Source of the DNA: Octopus sinensis
Taxonomy: Eukaryota
Length of the DNA stretch: 64,000 nucleotides
Assembly: GCF_006345805.1 (NCBI RefSeq)
Contig: NC_043001.1
Span: 106,020,001 to 106,084,000, forward strand
Direction of reading: 5' to 3'
The notes under the pieces were generated by a model. That model searched no databases and was not told the DNA's origin. It saw only the letters and a program-made list of their open reading frames with translations. Position numbers and translations under genes: made by a program. Shown piece by piece: positions 13,141 through 26,305 of this stretch. Every line of letters starts with the position of its first letter. Positions within the stretch are counted from its first letter, which is position 1.

Positions 13141-13814
13141 ACTGATTGTGTCGTCCCTTATTACGTAATATTTCTTCACGTCTTTTTTGTACTACTTCCT
13201 TTGTGTTCCCATTTTTCTCTGCTCCCAATCCTTCCTCGGCTATGAGAAAGATATAACAATCCATAAATATACAGACATATAGACATTTCATACTAACGTC
13301 AGAAGTAAGAAAACATAAACATTTATTATTATTCAACCTGTTTTTTGTAGCATACTTACGCAAAATATTCTATGATTAAGAATGGTATATTTGGGAAAAT
13401 TAGTGAATTATTCTTGGATAGCCAAAGTTTTTCATTTACCTGGTTGTCATCCAAAAATTCTAACGGCTCCCGTTCAACCTCAGTTTTCAGCTTGTCCGGG
13501 TTCGGTTTTGTTGCAATTTGCGAGACAGCTGCATTTACATAAATCGTTCACTTTATAAAATCATACAATTTCGAAACCGGTTAAATGACTTAGCATTAAT
13601 ATAGATATATTTTCTTATACATTATCAGTTCGTTTTTCATTTCTGTATTTGGTATATTTTTATTTTTATACCTGTGTGAGTGCCTATCTATGTATACGTT
13701 CACAAATAGCTATTCCAGTCGAATAAACCATATAAACAATGAAGTCAGTAACAACTTAAGAACTTAAGCTGCAGAAAGTAATAGCTTCATACATACATAT
13801 ATATACATATATAT

Positions 13815-13901
<87 letters not shown>

Positions 13902-14416
13902 TGTATGTATGTATGTATGTATGTATGTATGTATTTGTATATAATATTTAGCAACATGAGTCATTATATCATATTTGCTGCCAGCGATGTCAAATATATA
14001 ATATTGACAACATACCGTAAATTTGCAAATAGTTTTATAGCAATAAAAAATATATATTTAGAATTACATTAAATGCCAAACAATGATTTATGTCGTAGCT
14101 TCTCGGATTACCATGAAATAAGAAAAATTATCGAAGTTTGCTCATAAATTATGCGTTATGGTGACATCAATAACATGTTCCCACTTTGGATTGTGACACT
14201 ATCTACAAATCATTGATAGGTACACAGACGATACTCATAAACGGCACCTCACAGACATGCTCTCCTCCCCCATACTCTCCCCCACACACTCATAAACACA
14301 CACACTCACAAACATACACACACACACACACACACACACAATATATATATATATATAGGCATGTACTTGTGTGTGCACGGTGTGTATGAAAATAAAATTC
14401 TGGTTTTCATTCCCAG

Positions 14417-14470
14417 ACCAGGTGATGCATTCTTTTCTTCAACGAATCATCAGTGCAGCACACCGATCTG
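14417..14470 (+). other. Candidate 54-nt exon
   Basis: ttttcattcccAG acceptor, CTG|GTAAGA donor, length divisible by 3, two open frames. Confidence 0.25.
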
Positions 14471-14515
14471 GTAAGAATAAGCCACCTAGCGAGAGGCAGG
14501 CATGCCGTCAACGGA

Positions 14516-14561
<46 letters not shown>

Positions 14562-14564
<3 letters not shown>

Positions 14565-14671
14565 TAATGCAATACTAGAGTATTGCTTTCCAGTAAAGAA
14601 TAGCTTCTTTGTATATTTTCCCTCACGGGCTATTCTTTACTGGAAAGCAATACTCTAGTATTGCATTACTA
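14562..14671. repeat. Perfect 43-bp inverted repeat with a 24-nt loop
   Basis: 14562-14604 equals the reverse complement of 14629-14671. Confidence 0.92.
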
Positions 14672-15042
14672 AGTTATTGAAACTTCTTCACCGTTCTCGT
14701 GCTGTTAGCGTTTCGGCGTTTCAGTCGAGTGTAATGGCATTAATGTGGTAACATCTGAAAGGTTGTCGTGGTATATGTTTGGCTGATGAGGATAGATCAA
14801 GTTTATGGGTGGCAGACATATCTTGAAAAATCTGAAACCTGCGCAGGTCCCACATTATCTTTTTCCAGTTATTTCATCTTTCAGATGTTCTCCCTGGAGG
14901 TAAGACAATTTTTTCTAGTTTGTTGCACACACGCATTTTTTTGCTAGTACATACGCGGTGAAGCTATACATTAGCGTCGTATTATTACGTTCGCTATTTC
15001 CAGTAAATATCGGTTCTTCGTTGTGCCATATATTTACTTCTT

Positions 15043-15083
<41 letters not shown>

Positions 15084-15337
15084 CATTTTTATGTAGACAT
15101 ATATTTGAGACATATATATACATACATATATTATATATATAGATAGATACATATATACAGAGAGAGAGAAAGAGAGAGAGGGAGAGGGGGGGAATATGTA
15201 ATGTAGCCAAGAAATAAACTATAACATTGGATGGAAGCTAAAAGAAGTTTCCCATAAACCGCACCATCTGAAAAACCAGCCTTGATGTTTCACTAAGAGG
15301 AATTTGGTATTTGACTGGATATTCTACCCCTCCTATT

Positions 15338-15404
<67 letters not shown>

Positions 15405-16024
15405 TAGCAAGCACCCCACGTCCATTGGGCGGTGTAAATTCGTGATAGGACTGGACTCTAAAATATTGTAATTCCGCTCCCGTCTGTACTTCTGTCTGTA
15501 GTGCTCTGGCGACTGCAGTAGAATCAGCATTACGAGCAGGCCGAAGTACAGATTCTTCTTCAGTTTTCCCCGTAAGGAACGCAAAATGGAAGCATTTCTT
15601 TTAATTTTTCTGCCAATGTGGCTCTTGCTTTTTCGAAGCATTCTGTCGAAAAATCTGTAGTTGAATGAATTTCCAGAAAATCACTTAAATTTACCTTGTT
15701 GCTGTTTCCAAGCACTAAATATAGTATTTCAACACAAAAAATTCCCACAACGCTAAACCGTACGATTATTTACAACAGTACTGTAAGCGCCAAGTGGCAC
15801 GTGAACGCGGACAAGTTGCGAATGAGCATTCACGTCTATCAGCACATGTGGACAGAACGTACTTCAAGAGAATCGATATTCTACCGACCAAAAGTGCAAT
15901 TGTGTAAAATCTAAACGATCGATGCAAACACAAGTGTACTGGCAAGTAATAGAAGATAAAGGGCGTTTCTAAGAAATATCACAGTGAGGCGCGAAATTTA
16001 AATAACAAGAATGTGCAAATCGAG

Positions 16025-16180
16025 ACCTGTTCATTTCTGAGTTCCTTTCTGATGAAGAGCGTAGGCTCAAAACGTAAAACACTTTCTCATTTCCCGAGTG
16101 TTAAACTAATACACCTAATTGTTGTTTACACACCTGTCTTTGTCTTTTGTTTCGTTTATCTTTTTGGTAATTCCAACTAT
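16025..16180 (+). repeat. Dispersed repeat with hammerhead-like motif (copy 2 of 3)
   Basis: CTGATGA-A-GAGC-gtag-GCTC-AAAA-CG-TA at 16049-16076 (G12 replaced by A); flanks align with the 10.7 kb and 62.2 kb copies. Confidence 0.65.
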
Positions 16181-17103
16181 ATACATACATATGTCATAAT
16201 GTTTTAAAGTAGTTAAACTGATCTGAACCAAATTCTTGATTGTTGAAAAACGAAATTTATTACTTTTTGCAAATAAATTTTTGTGAAATACAAGAAATTA
16301 GATTTACTTAGGCGAGTTTACGACTGAAGCCTGTGAGTTCCAAACCTCTCCATAGGTGTTAAATTTTGAAAATAACTATTACAATAATTGCAATAACCTA
16401 ATGCATGTTATCCAACAAGTGAAAACCATTGCCGACTCTTTGCTTGGAAGGAACACCAACGTGAGCTCCCTTCAGTTTTCCCTGAGGTAAACACAAATAA
16501 AACGATTTGCGTCGTAGGCGCGTGTGGGTATGTAATTGTGCGCATATTACGCAAACACACACATACACATACACATATGTACATGTCTCCCCCTATCTCT
16601 GTCTGTATATGTGTCTCTGCGTGTATATGTCTCTCTCTATATATTCTTTTTATATGTGTGCGTAGACATATGAACTGTTATGTAAATCGATAGATAAATA
16701 CATAGTTAGACAGATAGACAGACAGATAGAATGTTAGATGCAAAACGGAGATACAAAAATATAGATTAATAAAGTGAAATATCTCTGTGATCTGAATATG
16801 TTTTCTAATATTCTGATAATAATTTATACAACGATAATAATATTATCTGATCATTAATTTGCAGACGTTTTTCGCTAAAATATTTACCCATTCCTATCTC
16901 GTTCCATGCTGTGGAACGTCGTTTTGAAATTTCAAAACCATATTGTAAACATGGATCATCTGATTGCGTAAATATTTGGGAAATACATAAAAATATCCAT
17001 CCATCCATCCATCCATCCACACATACATACATACATACATACATACATGCATACATGCATACATACATACATACATGCATACATACATACATATATCGTT
17101 AAA

Positions 17104-17422
17104 GACTCCGCCGGTTACGACGACGAGGGTCCCAGCTGATACGATCAGCGGAACAGCTTGCTCGTGAAATTAACGTGCAAATGGCTGAGCATTCCACAGA
17201 CACGTGTACCCTTAACGTAGTTCTCGGGGATAATCAGCGTGACACAGAGAGTGACAAGGCTGACCCTTTGAAATACAAGTACAACTCATTTTTGCCAGCT
17301 GAGTGGACTGGAGCAACGTGAAATAAAGTGTCTTGCTCAAGGACACAACGCGTCGCCGGGAATCGAACTCACAACCTTACGATCATGAGCCGAATGCCCT
17401 AACCACTAAGCCACGCGCCCTC
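17104..17422 (-). mobile_element. SINE with a different tRNA-like head and the family C tail
   Basis: Head gagggcgcgtggcttagtggttagggcattcggctc...gagttcgattccc, then tgtgtccttgagcaagacacttt; tail matches 31470-31684. Confidence 0.78.
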
Positions 17423-17459
17423 ACACATACATATATACATACATACATACGTACGTACA

Positions 17460-17790
17460 TAAGCACAACATGATATAATGATTTGGGATTGTGAAGAGAA
17501 ACTGTCAACAGTTGTGGAAATTAGCTGCCCAGTGGTTATTCACGTAAAGCTGAAGATCAATAAAAAAGAGAATACCTACGAAGAGCTATTGGTTAGAAGT
17601 TCAGTTTTATACCTGTAATTATTGGAGCCCTGGTATATGTAACACACTTCCTAAATAACGAAATTGAGAAATTAGGCTTCTCAAACCCAAAAAGGAGAAG
17701 CCTAATTCGAAGACTACATATCCGATCCATCACTAGAACTGTAAAAATCTGTAAAACTTTCCAAAATTTATTTTATTTAAATATATATGA
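17460..17790 (+). mobile_element. R4/Dong-like RLE LINE 3' fragment, same family as the 6.3 kb copy, in (TACA)n
   Basis: Nucleotide similarity to 6470-6700 (gatataatgatttgg, gttgtggaaattagct, ctgtaaaaat.tgtaaaac); PVIIGALG motif; (TACA)n on both sides. Confidence 0.72.
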
Positions 17791-17802
17791 GTATATACGT
17801 AC

Positions 17803-17833
<31 letters not shown>

Positions 17834-18429
17834 CATACATACATACATACATACATACATAATACATACAAGACTGAAACTAAGAGGCTGGATACTAATA
17901 TTTGAGATAGACAAAATAGATATAGCGTCACAGAAGTCAACTTTCCTGCTGATGCGAATACTTCGAAAATCAAAGACAAGCGGTTAACTACAGACAACTG
18001 CTTCGAAACATTATATTATATATATTATGAATTTACATTAATTTAATTATAATTGAGGTTGTGAGTGAATTATTTGTGACGATCTAAATACGCCAGGGTT
18101 TTTAGAAAATTAATCAACCAGTGAACTCACACAAATTCATGGAAATACAATTTTTATGTGGAAGAATAAAAGTCCAAGTCGCATTCCAGAATTTTCTTCC
18201 TGAGAAAGGCATTCTCGAGCATAGCAATTTTATTATATCATGACTAAACATATAATAAGATGACTTGTCATCTTTTGTTATTCGAAATTGAAGGAGATGG
18301 CTGTAACAACACTCTGAACTCACTTTCTAAACGCAATTTATCACAGGTGAATAGTTTACAGAATTCATTCGGACCAGAATTCCTTCGCTATGCAAGAAAT
18401 ATTAATGAATTAACTTTTCCCCCTAACAC

Positions 18430-18905
18430 AAGATCAAGAACGGTTGAGAGGAGGTGAAAGATTATGAGAGGTGCAGGAGGGAAAGGGACGTCAGATCATC
18501 CGAGCAATTTTCTAGATTAAGACTATCGTGTGTCTATAAAGACTGCTGTCACAACTCTACCCAGAATGAGGCATGAAGATGTGAACAGGCGCAAACCTAG
18601 CGCATAGCTTCTTCCCAGGGTTCTTAATGATGAGCATCGTAGTAGACAACTGGTTGACAAATTTGAGCATCAAAACTGTCACTTACTCTCCCTACAGTCT
18701 AGACATTACTCCATGTGATTAATTGTTGTTGCCAATCTGAAAGGAAACCTCAAGGATAGCCGTTTGTTTTGAAAGTGAGCTAAGATTGTGACAAGTGTAA
18801 TGGACACACTTAACTAGAAGCATTTCTATGTGGCCTTCACCAAATGGCTGCTGTGATACAAAGGATGTTTTTGAAGGAGATTAGAGTTTTTGAAGGAGGT
18901 GAGAG
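18430..18905 (+). mobile_element. Degenerate mariner transposase remnant
   Basis: IKTVTYSPYSLDITPCD resembles the mariner YSPDLAPCD motif; many stops and frameshifts; no TIRs recognised. Confidence 0.6.
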
Positions 18906-19227
18906 ATTTCTTTGAAATTAATAACCGTCTCTCTCTCACATGTTTCACCCAACATCGCTTGACAACAGATGCTAGTATGCTTACGTCACCGTAATTTAGT
19001 GATTCAGCAAAAGAGACCGATAGAATAAGTCCTAGGCTTACAAAAATTAAGTCCTGAGGTCGATTTGCTCGACTAAAGGCGGTGCTCCAAAATGATCACA
19101 GTTAAACATGACTGAAGCAAGTAAAAGATTAAAAGAGTACACCAAATATGTAAGGCTTCTTGCTAATTAGAAGACAACACACACATACACGGACACATAG
19201 TTGTGTCCCCTTCTAGGTTTTTATGTA

Positions 19228-19389
19228 GGCGTAGGCGTGGCTGTATGGTAAGATGTTTGCTTCTCAACTACATGGTCTTCGGTTCCGTCCTATTGTGTGG
19301 AACCTTGGGCAAGTGTCCACTAATATAGCCTCACACCGACTAAAGTCTTGCGAATATATTTGGTACGAGGAAACTGAAAGAATCCCGTA

Positions 19390-19460
<71 letters not shown>

Positions 19461-19690
19461 GTGTGTGCGTGTGTGTGTCTCTTGTGTCTGTATTTGACCC
19501 CATCACCGCTTGGTAACCTATGTTGTTGAGTTTACGTCCCCGTAACTTAGCGGTTCTTTATAAAAGAACGATATCATTAGCACTGGATTTAAAGAATAAG
19601 TACTGGGATCTTTTGGTGTGGCTGAGTTCTTTCTACGTAGTACTCCAGCATGGCCGCAGTCTAATTACTGAAACCAGTATAAGAGTAAAA
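19228..19690 (+). mobile_element. SINE family B (tggctgtgtggtaag head, internal microsatellite, gagtaaaa tail)
   Basis: Head, accttgggcaagtg core, ggaaactgaaag, cccgtaacttagcggttc, ccagcatggccgcagt tail. Confidence 0.8.
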
Positions 19691-19695
19691 GATTG

Positions 19696-19756
<61 letters not shown>

Positions 19757-19798
19757 AGAGAGAGAGAGAGTGAAAGAGAGAGACAGGCAGATAGAAAG

Positions 19799-19859
<61 letters not shown>

Positions 19860-19860
<1 letters not shown>

Positions 19861-22582
19861 ACTTAGATAAACTTAGATATGTTTCGACCAAAGATTTGTC
19901 CAGGCCATGTCTAACTTAATAGCACCACCTGATAGGATTATTAGAATCCTGGGCAAAGTTGGCGGTATATTCTGCACATCGTACAAATGATGTACCGCTC
20001 ACGGCGACGCTGGAGAAAGTAAAGTTTCAAGGCTTTAAGGCGATCCCAATAATCGAGAGAAGCCATACCTTCAATTCGTTTAGTGAGTGCCCTTTGGGGT
20101 GACTCAATCCTCGAGATGTTTTGTCTTGTATGGGGGGAGACCACAGTGGGCAGCAGTATTCGAGGTGTGGCCGTACAAAGGAGGAGAACAGTGGTATGAT
20201 GACACCTTGTTCTCTGGACCGGAAAGTTCTTAAGATCCAGGAACTTATCCTACGAGCTATATCGACCTTCTTGTTTATGTGTGTACTCCAACTGAGATCG
20301 TCATCAACAATTACACCCAGGTCTCTGATATTGTTAGAGGCTGTGAGCGGTTCCCCTGAAGGAAGAGAGTATGGCTGTTTTAGTGAGGAATTTCTTCCAA
20401 AGTGCAACAGCTCAAATTTTCCCTCATTCAGTTGCATTTTGTTTCTGTCTGCCCATTGACTCACAGCATATAAATCAGACTGGAGTTGAGTTCGGTCTGC
20501 TTCTTCATTGACGATTTACTGGAGCTTAGTGTCATCAGCAAATATTTTCACTTTGCAGTAATGTACGACACTGGAAAAGTCGTTTATGTAAATTATGAAG
20601 AATAACGGACCCAAGACAGTACCCTGGGGGACACCGCTGGTGACTTTTGCTGGGCTTGAGTGGACTCCATCAACTACAACATGTTGTATTCTATTCGCCA
20701 GGAAATACTTAATCCAGTGTAGGACTTTTCCACGGATTCCAACATTTGCCAATTTTGAGAGTAGGATATTATGGTCTACCCTGTCGAACGCTTTACTGAA
20801 GTCAAGATATATGACGTCAGAGTTCGAACCTGTTCCCAAGGCTTTGAGTACATCTTCAATGTGGCGTAAGAGCTGTGTTAGACAGTCCCTGCCACAGCGA
20901 AAGCCATTGATCTTAACACTCTTTCAAACACTTTAATGATGTGGGAGGTGAGTGAGATTGGGCGATAGTTGTGTGCGCGGGATCTGTTTCCCTGTTTGAA
21001 AACCGGGTTGACTGACTGGGATAGAAACTGTTTCGGTATATAACCTTCGTCTAAGGAATTTCTCCAGAGGTTGGTCAGAGGGACTGAAAGTTGGTGTCTA
21101 CATTCCTTCAGGAGACTAGCGGGGAATCTATCAGGGCCTACAGCAGAGTAGTATTTGACCTCATTTATTGCTGCTACGATGTCAGTGGCAGTGAAGGTCA
21201 TGTCTGATATTTTATGTTGGGAGTCAACTTCGTTCGCTTCTCTTACGTCAATATCAGTGGGAACACTAAAGACAGAGCAGTATTGTTTCTGCAGTATTTC
21301 TGCCATTTCTTTAGCATCGTGTTGGGGAATGCCGTTATCATCAGTCAATGGCCCAGTGGGTGAGACAGTGATTCTATTCTTATTTGCATAAGAATAGAAC
21401 ACTTTTGGGTTCTGTTTGATGTTTTTGATTACCCACTGTTCCTCCACAGGTCTTTGATTTTCAATGGAGGTTTTCATGTCGGTCTGCAGATGAAGTTTTT
21501 CCAGCTCTAGCCTTTTCATTGTTGTTGAATGTGTATGTTGTGTGTGGGAATATTTTAATTGGTTGATTTTTTTGTTGAGTCTTTTGATGTGCCTGATGAG
21601 TGTTTTTTTTCTTTTTAGGGAGCCGGTTTCTGTTTGTGTTAGTAGATTTCGTGGGAGCGTGTTTAGAGCATGTATAGGTGACAATGTTTTCAAAGTGCTG
21701 CCATGCGGTCTCAATATGGGTGAAATTGAGAGTAAAAGACCAGTCGATGAAAGACAGATCCTTTCTGATTGCTCCCCAGTCCGCTTTGTGGAAGTTTATG
21801 TTGTCAAATGGGTGCCATGGAGTGGGATTGGCTCGCTTGGTTTTTATATGTCGGGAATTAAAATTGCAGAGTACCATCTCGTGGTCTGAGAGGAGAGTTT
21901 TTTCAACTGAAATACTGCGAACGAAGCTAGAGTGATTGATCAATACCAGATCCAAGATCGTTTTATTCTGTCTCGTTGGTTCGAGCACTAGCTGATTCAG
22001 GAAGTATTCATCCATTAGATTAAAGAGCAGTTCTGCTGCTGCTCTATCTGATGTAGAGCACTTGCCTAACTTCAGAGTATTTGTGGGCCAGTTCACATGA
22101 GGGAGGTTAAAATCACCCATCACTAGTATGTTTCCGGGGTGATACTTCCGAAGGAAGGACTTGACTTTGCTAAGGCACTCTTCAAAGCACTTTAGAGGTG
22201 CTTGGGGAGGCCTATAAAGACCAACAATGATTATGTCCTTTGCCTTGCTGAATAGTGATACCGATTCACAGTAGCCATTGGAAAATATGTCCTTGGCATC
22301 AAGTGAAAAGGAGTCTTTGATAAAGATGGCTGTCCCTCCCTTATTTCGGTCTGTGCGATCCGCACGAACAATGGTGAAATCTTTTATTTTCACCTCGGCG
22401 TCCATATGGGTGTTGTTCAGGTGAGTCTCGGTAAGGATAAAGAAAGGGAAGCAATGTGCCGTTTCGGCAAGCCAACTCTCTATATATGGGATCTTCCATT
22501 TTTGGGCAATAATTGATGGGTTGATGCCACGTACATTTAACAGTAATGTCGAGGTAAGGGAAGTTTGATGTTTGCACTGTTC
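19860..22582 (-). mobile_element. CR1-group (CR1/L2-like) LINE, nearly complete ORF2 (APE endonuclease + RT), inactivated, ORF1 absent
   Basis: APE motifs LNVRG, LTETHL, GLYRPP, MGDFNLP, LDLVL, SDH; RT motifs YLDFSKAFD, GVPQGTVLGP, FADDTK, HLEYCCPLWSP, YWDRLKALKLY. Frameshift in an A-run near 21610, deletion plus frameshift near 20910, in-frame TAA at 20516, frameshift in a C-run near 20135, internally deleted 3' end abutting (GATA)n. Confidence 0.92.
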
Positions 22583-23293
22583 TTAGATGCATACATATAC
22601 TCAAGCATGCACCTATATAAAAGCGTATAAGGATGAACATTCTGTTAATATATCTGAGACACAGGAGGTCAACTTTTGAAACATGACATCTAATATTTCG
22701 TTATATCATTCTTCAATTATTGCTTGCTAAGATTTTAAATTTTGTTCGATGATAAATGTATGTCTGTTATTGCTTGTCTGAATATGAGGATTCGAACATT
22801 TCATTCCTGTATTGTCTAAATTACTACATCTGCCCATGCAATGACATCACGAAGTTGCATTAAAAACTTAGGTTATCGATTTAAAAATAAAATGCAGAGT
22901 AAATTCCAACGAGGAATGAAACCCGAACTTTATTTAAATATTGGTAAAAATATATCACATTTCCAATTTAAGCTCTGCTATACTAGTTGTAGAACAGCCA
23001 GTTGATTAGCATGTGTGTAATTCTTAGAAACGGAATGCACAAAGCGCATTTATAATTGGACGATTGACAAAGGTTTGTTGCAAATTAACATGTTATGAAT
23101 TTTTATTTCTCTTCTAAATATAAAAACATGTAATCAAATTACACAATGGCTTAGACAGACATATTAAACAATATAACGAACATCATAATAGAAACTAGTT
23201 ATTACATTTTAGTGAAAGACAAATAAAAATTGTAGTCGGAATATATTACATAAAATAGAAAACTGCGCAAATACCTAATAATTCCTATATATA

Positions 23294-23331
<38 letters not shown>

Positions 23332-23344
23332 ATGCCTATATATA

Positions 23345-23387
<43 letters not shown>

Positions 23388-23955
23388 TATATACATATGC
23401 ATATGCATAGATATGTATGTTATATATATATATATATACTCAATTTCACTCATTGCATTCTTCATCTCTTTATTTATAATTTATACTCACACACATATAT
23501 AGACTTATATATATATGCATATGTCTATGTTTGCGTTTGTTTGTCCGTGCTATGTGTCTTTACGTACGTATGTCTGTAAGTATACTCTACATAGAAATCT
23601 GAATATCTATAAATATAATTCGTCTGTATTAAAAAACATATGGAATACAGTGAGACTAAGTACATTTCTTCTTCTAACTTTGAAATACGTGTAATTAACT
23701 TATCTTATTTCCATGAAAGACTGCAATTTATAATAATTGCAACATACATCCCTTTAGGTTTGCTAAAACGCCGCTGGCAAATATTTAATTAGTAAACGGA
23801 ATCGTTTTTAAACCATTATTATATTAGAACATTTGAAGTTCAACTATAATGCACGTTTTTCTTTATATTTCTGTCTGAATGGTTTTATATTTTATTTCTT
23901 TTTCGCATTTAACATTTTAGATATTTTCTGAATGCAATCTTGACTAAATATAAAC

Positions 23956-23982
23956 ATGGGCTGCTGCATTTCTGTGTATATC
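23956..23982 (+). CDS. Candidate first coding segment of a host gene (MGCCISVYI) in exon 23921-23982
   Basis: Polypyrimidine tract plus ttttAG at 23920, in-frame upstream stops, aaacATGG context, GTAAGT donor at 23983; motif-level evidence only. Confidence 0.35.
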
Positions 23983-25983
23983 GTAAGTCAAGTACATGTT
24001 AGTTAACCTGGCCCCATTGCGTACCTTCGTTTTCGGACCCATTGGCATGTGTTCACATCCACCATTAATCATACAACAAATGGCGGGAGCATATTAATAT
24101 ATTAACAAAGTATATTGACATAATTAGTTGTAAAGTGTCGATTAACTGTGGTTGTTTAAACATACAAACCATCATATTTTTGATCAAAATTATTAGAGGG
24201 CGGCGAACCGGGAGAATCGCCGGACAAAATAATTAACGGCATTTCTGCAGGTTAATGATGTTTCACTACAAATTTTGGTGAGATTGAGTTTGCATTTCAT
24301 CTTTTCGTAGTCGATAAAACAAATATCAGTTGAACACTGGTTCGATGTACTCAACTGCCCTTCCCCCAACAAAATTTCAGATCTTGCGCCTATAGTAGAA
24401 GAATCATTAATAATGTAAGCGTTGTCTTTTCATGTTCTTTTTATTAATATCAACACATCGTGACAGGGCTGTTGCATTTATTCTGCATGAAAATGTTTGT
24501 AATAAACTCAACAACTCACTGTTTCAGATTCGAAATCCTACTGTATGATATTACACTCAGCGGAAATTTATCCCATTACTCCTCCAATGAAATACGCCTT
24601 TTTGCTTATTATGCACAGAAAATATGCTTTTATACATTGTGAGGTATTTCTGTTTTCAATAAACCTGGTTTCAGATCTTGATAAATGCTTGTATTTGTGT
24701 ATGTTTGTGTATATTTCGTATGTATATAGAGAGTAATTGTGAAATATTCGAAGGTATATAGCTATACATATATATAATACTATATATATAATGCTATATA
24801 CCATCATCTGATGGAATATAGCATAGCATAGGTTGTATCAGATTTATCTGATAACAAAATCATACATTGATATGTACCATGTTTTATCCATAAATTATTT
24901 ATAATACTATCATTTTGTAAATTTTCAGCTTACATCATTTTGTTGAAATAATTGAAATTATCCAGAAAACTTACACGACTATGATTTATTTTTAATATTC
25001 TCTTTTTCCAGTGTTGTTGTTGACAAATATTTTCACTCTTCAGATCTATTAAACTTCAAATTCCTTGTGGAATATCTTGAAGACAAAGATTATTAGATTG
25101 GCAAATTTAGCCGAATTAAATTGAGTAGTTATCATTGTTATTGTTGTATGAAATGAGCTTTCATTTTCACCACAAAATTGACAGTTATATTAAAATAATA
25201 ATCCCTCTCACAAATAGCCAGCGACGTCGATTTTCATAAATCTGTGGACATGTGTATATAAGTTTTATTCTCGCCTGTTACGTTCTTGTTTCCTTTTTCG
25301 TTTTGTTTTTCTTTTGGTCTCCTGTATGGAGAAGGAGAGAAAGAGTGAGTGAGATTGAGAAAGAGGGGAAGAGAGATGCATAATTAATAAACATTTATGG
25401 ATGGCACTTATGTTCTTTTCAAAGATTATGAGAGATTTTGTGTTTACACTCGTCTCTTATCGCGTAGTTTCAGACAAATAGAAAGTGGCCGATATATTAG
25501 CCACTGATTTTTAGCATGTAGTTTTTTTCTTTTATAGTCATACATTTTCCGAATTCCATTAAAATATCAATGCAATATAAATATCGACTTTTATCAAATA
25601 ACATAGATGAAAAATAAATTAATAAAAAATATACATAATATGAAAATAAAGGGGAATATTAATAAAATAAAGCGTCTTATAAAGATTTTAAATGCATACA
25701 TCGATCAACAGCATAAAAGATATTCAAGAGTGCAACTATATTTCTCAATATTTCAAAGTTTATTTGAAATATTTACTCTGTTGAATATTATCTGTGTTCG
25801 TTTACGTCATCAGCCAAATTAGCTTGGACTTAATAAGAATGTGGTAAAGGTAAAATTTATTCCCACATATGTGTGTGCGTCTGTGTGTTTGTGTGTAAAT
25901 ATATGTGGCTGTGTGTGTATATACATATGTGTGAGTGTTTGTGTATGAATGTGTTTGTGAGTGTATGTAAATGTATAAGTAAA

Positions 25984-25985
<2 letters not shown>

Positions 25986-26032
<47 letters not shown>

Positions 26033-26036
26033 TAGG

Positions 26037-26071
<35 letters not shown>

Positions 26072-26208
26072 ACATACAGACATACAGGCAGACTGACAAA
26101 CAAACAGACAGATAGATATACAGGCAGACAGACAGTCAGACAGACAGACATATAGATAGATAGATATATAGACTAACAGGCACAGATAGATAAATAAATA
26201 GATAGATG

Positions 26209-26304
<96 letters not shown>
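25986..26304. repeat. Compound (TA)n/(GATA)n/(GACA)n microsatellite (representative of dozens in the window)
   Basis: Direct reading. Similar arrays at about 355-600, 8160-8300, 33060-33430, 41970-42530, 44081-44329, 45868-46210 and elsewhere. Confidence 0.95.

Positions 26305-26305
<1 letters not shown>

Noticed and set aside
14784-14830. CTGATGA followed by a later GAAA
   Set aside because: Stem II closing pairs and stem III/cleavage triplet do not form; probably chance.
17670-17707. 13-bp hairpin aattaggcttctc/gagaagcctaatt
   Set aside because: Lies within the R4-like LINE coding remnant; no evidence of an independent function.
19880-19915. GGCC...GGTC-GAAAC at the CR1 3' end (minus strand)
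   Set aside because: No CUGANGA core upstream.
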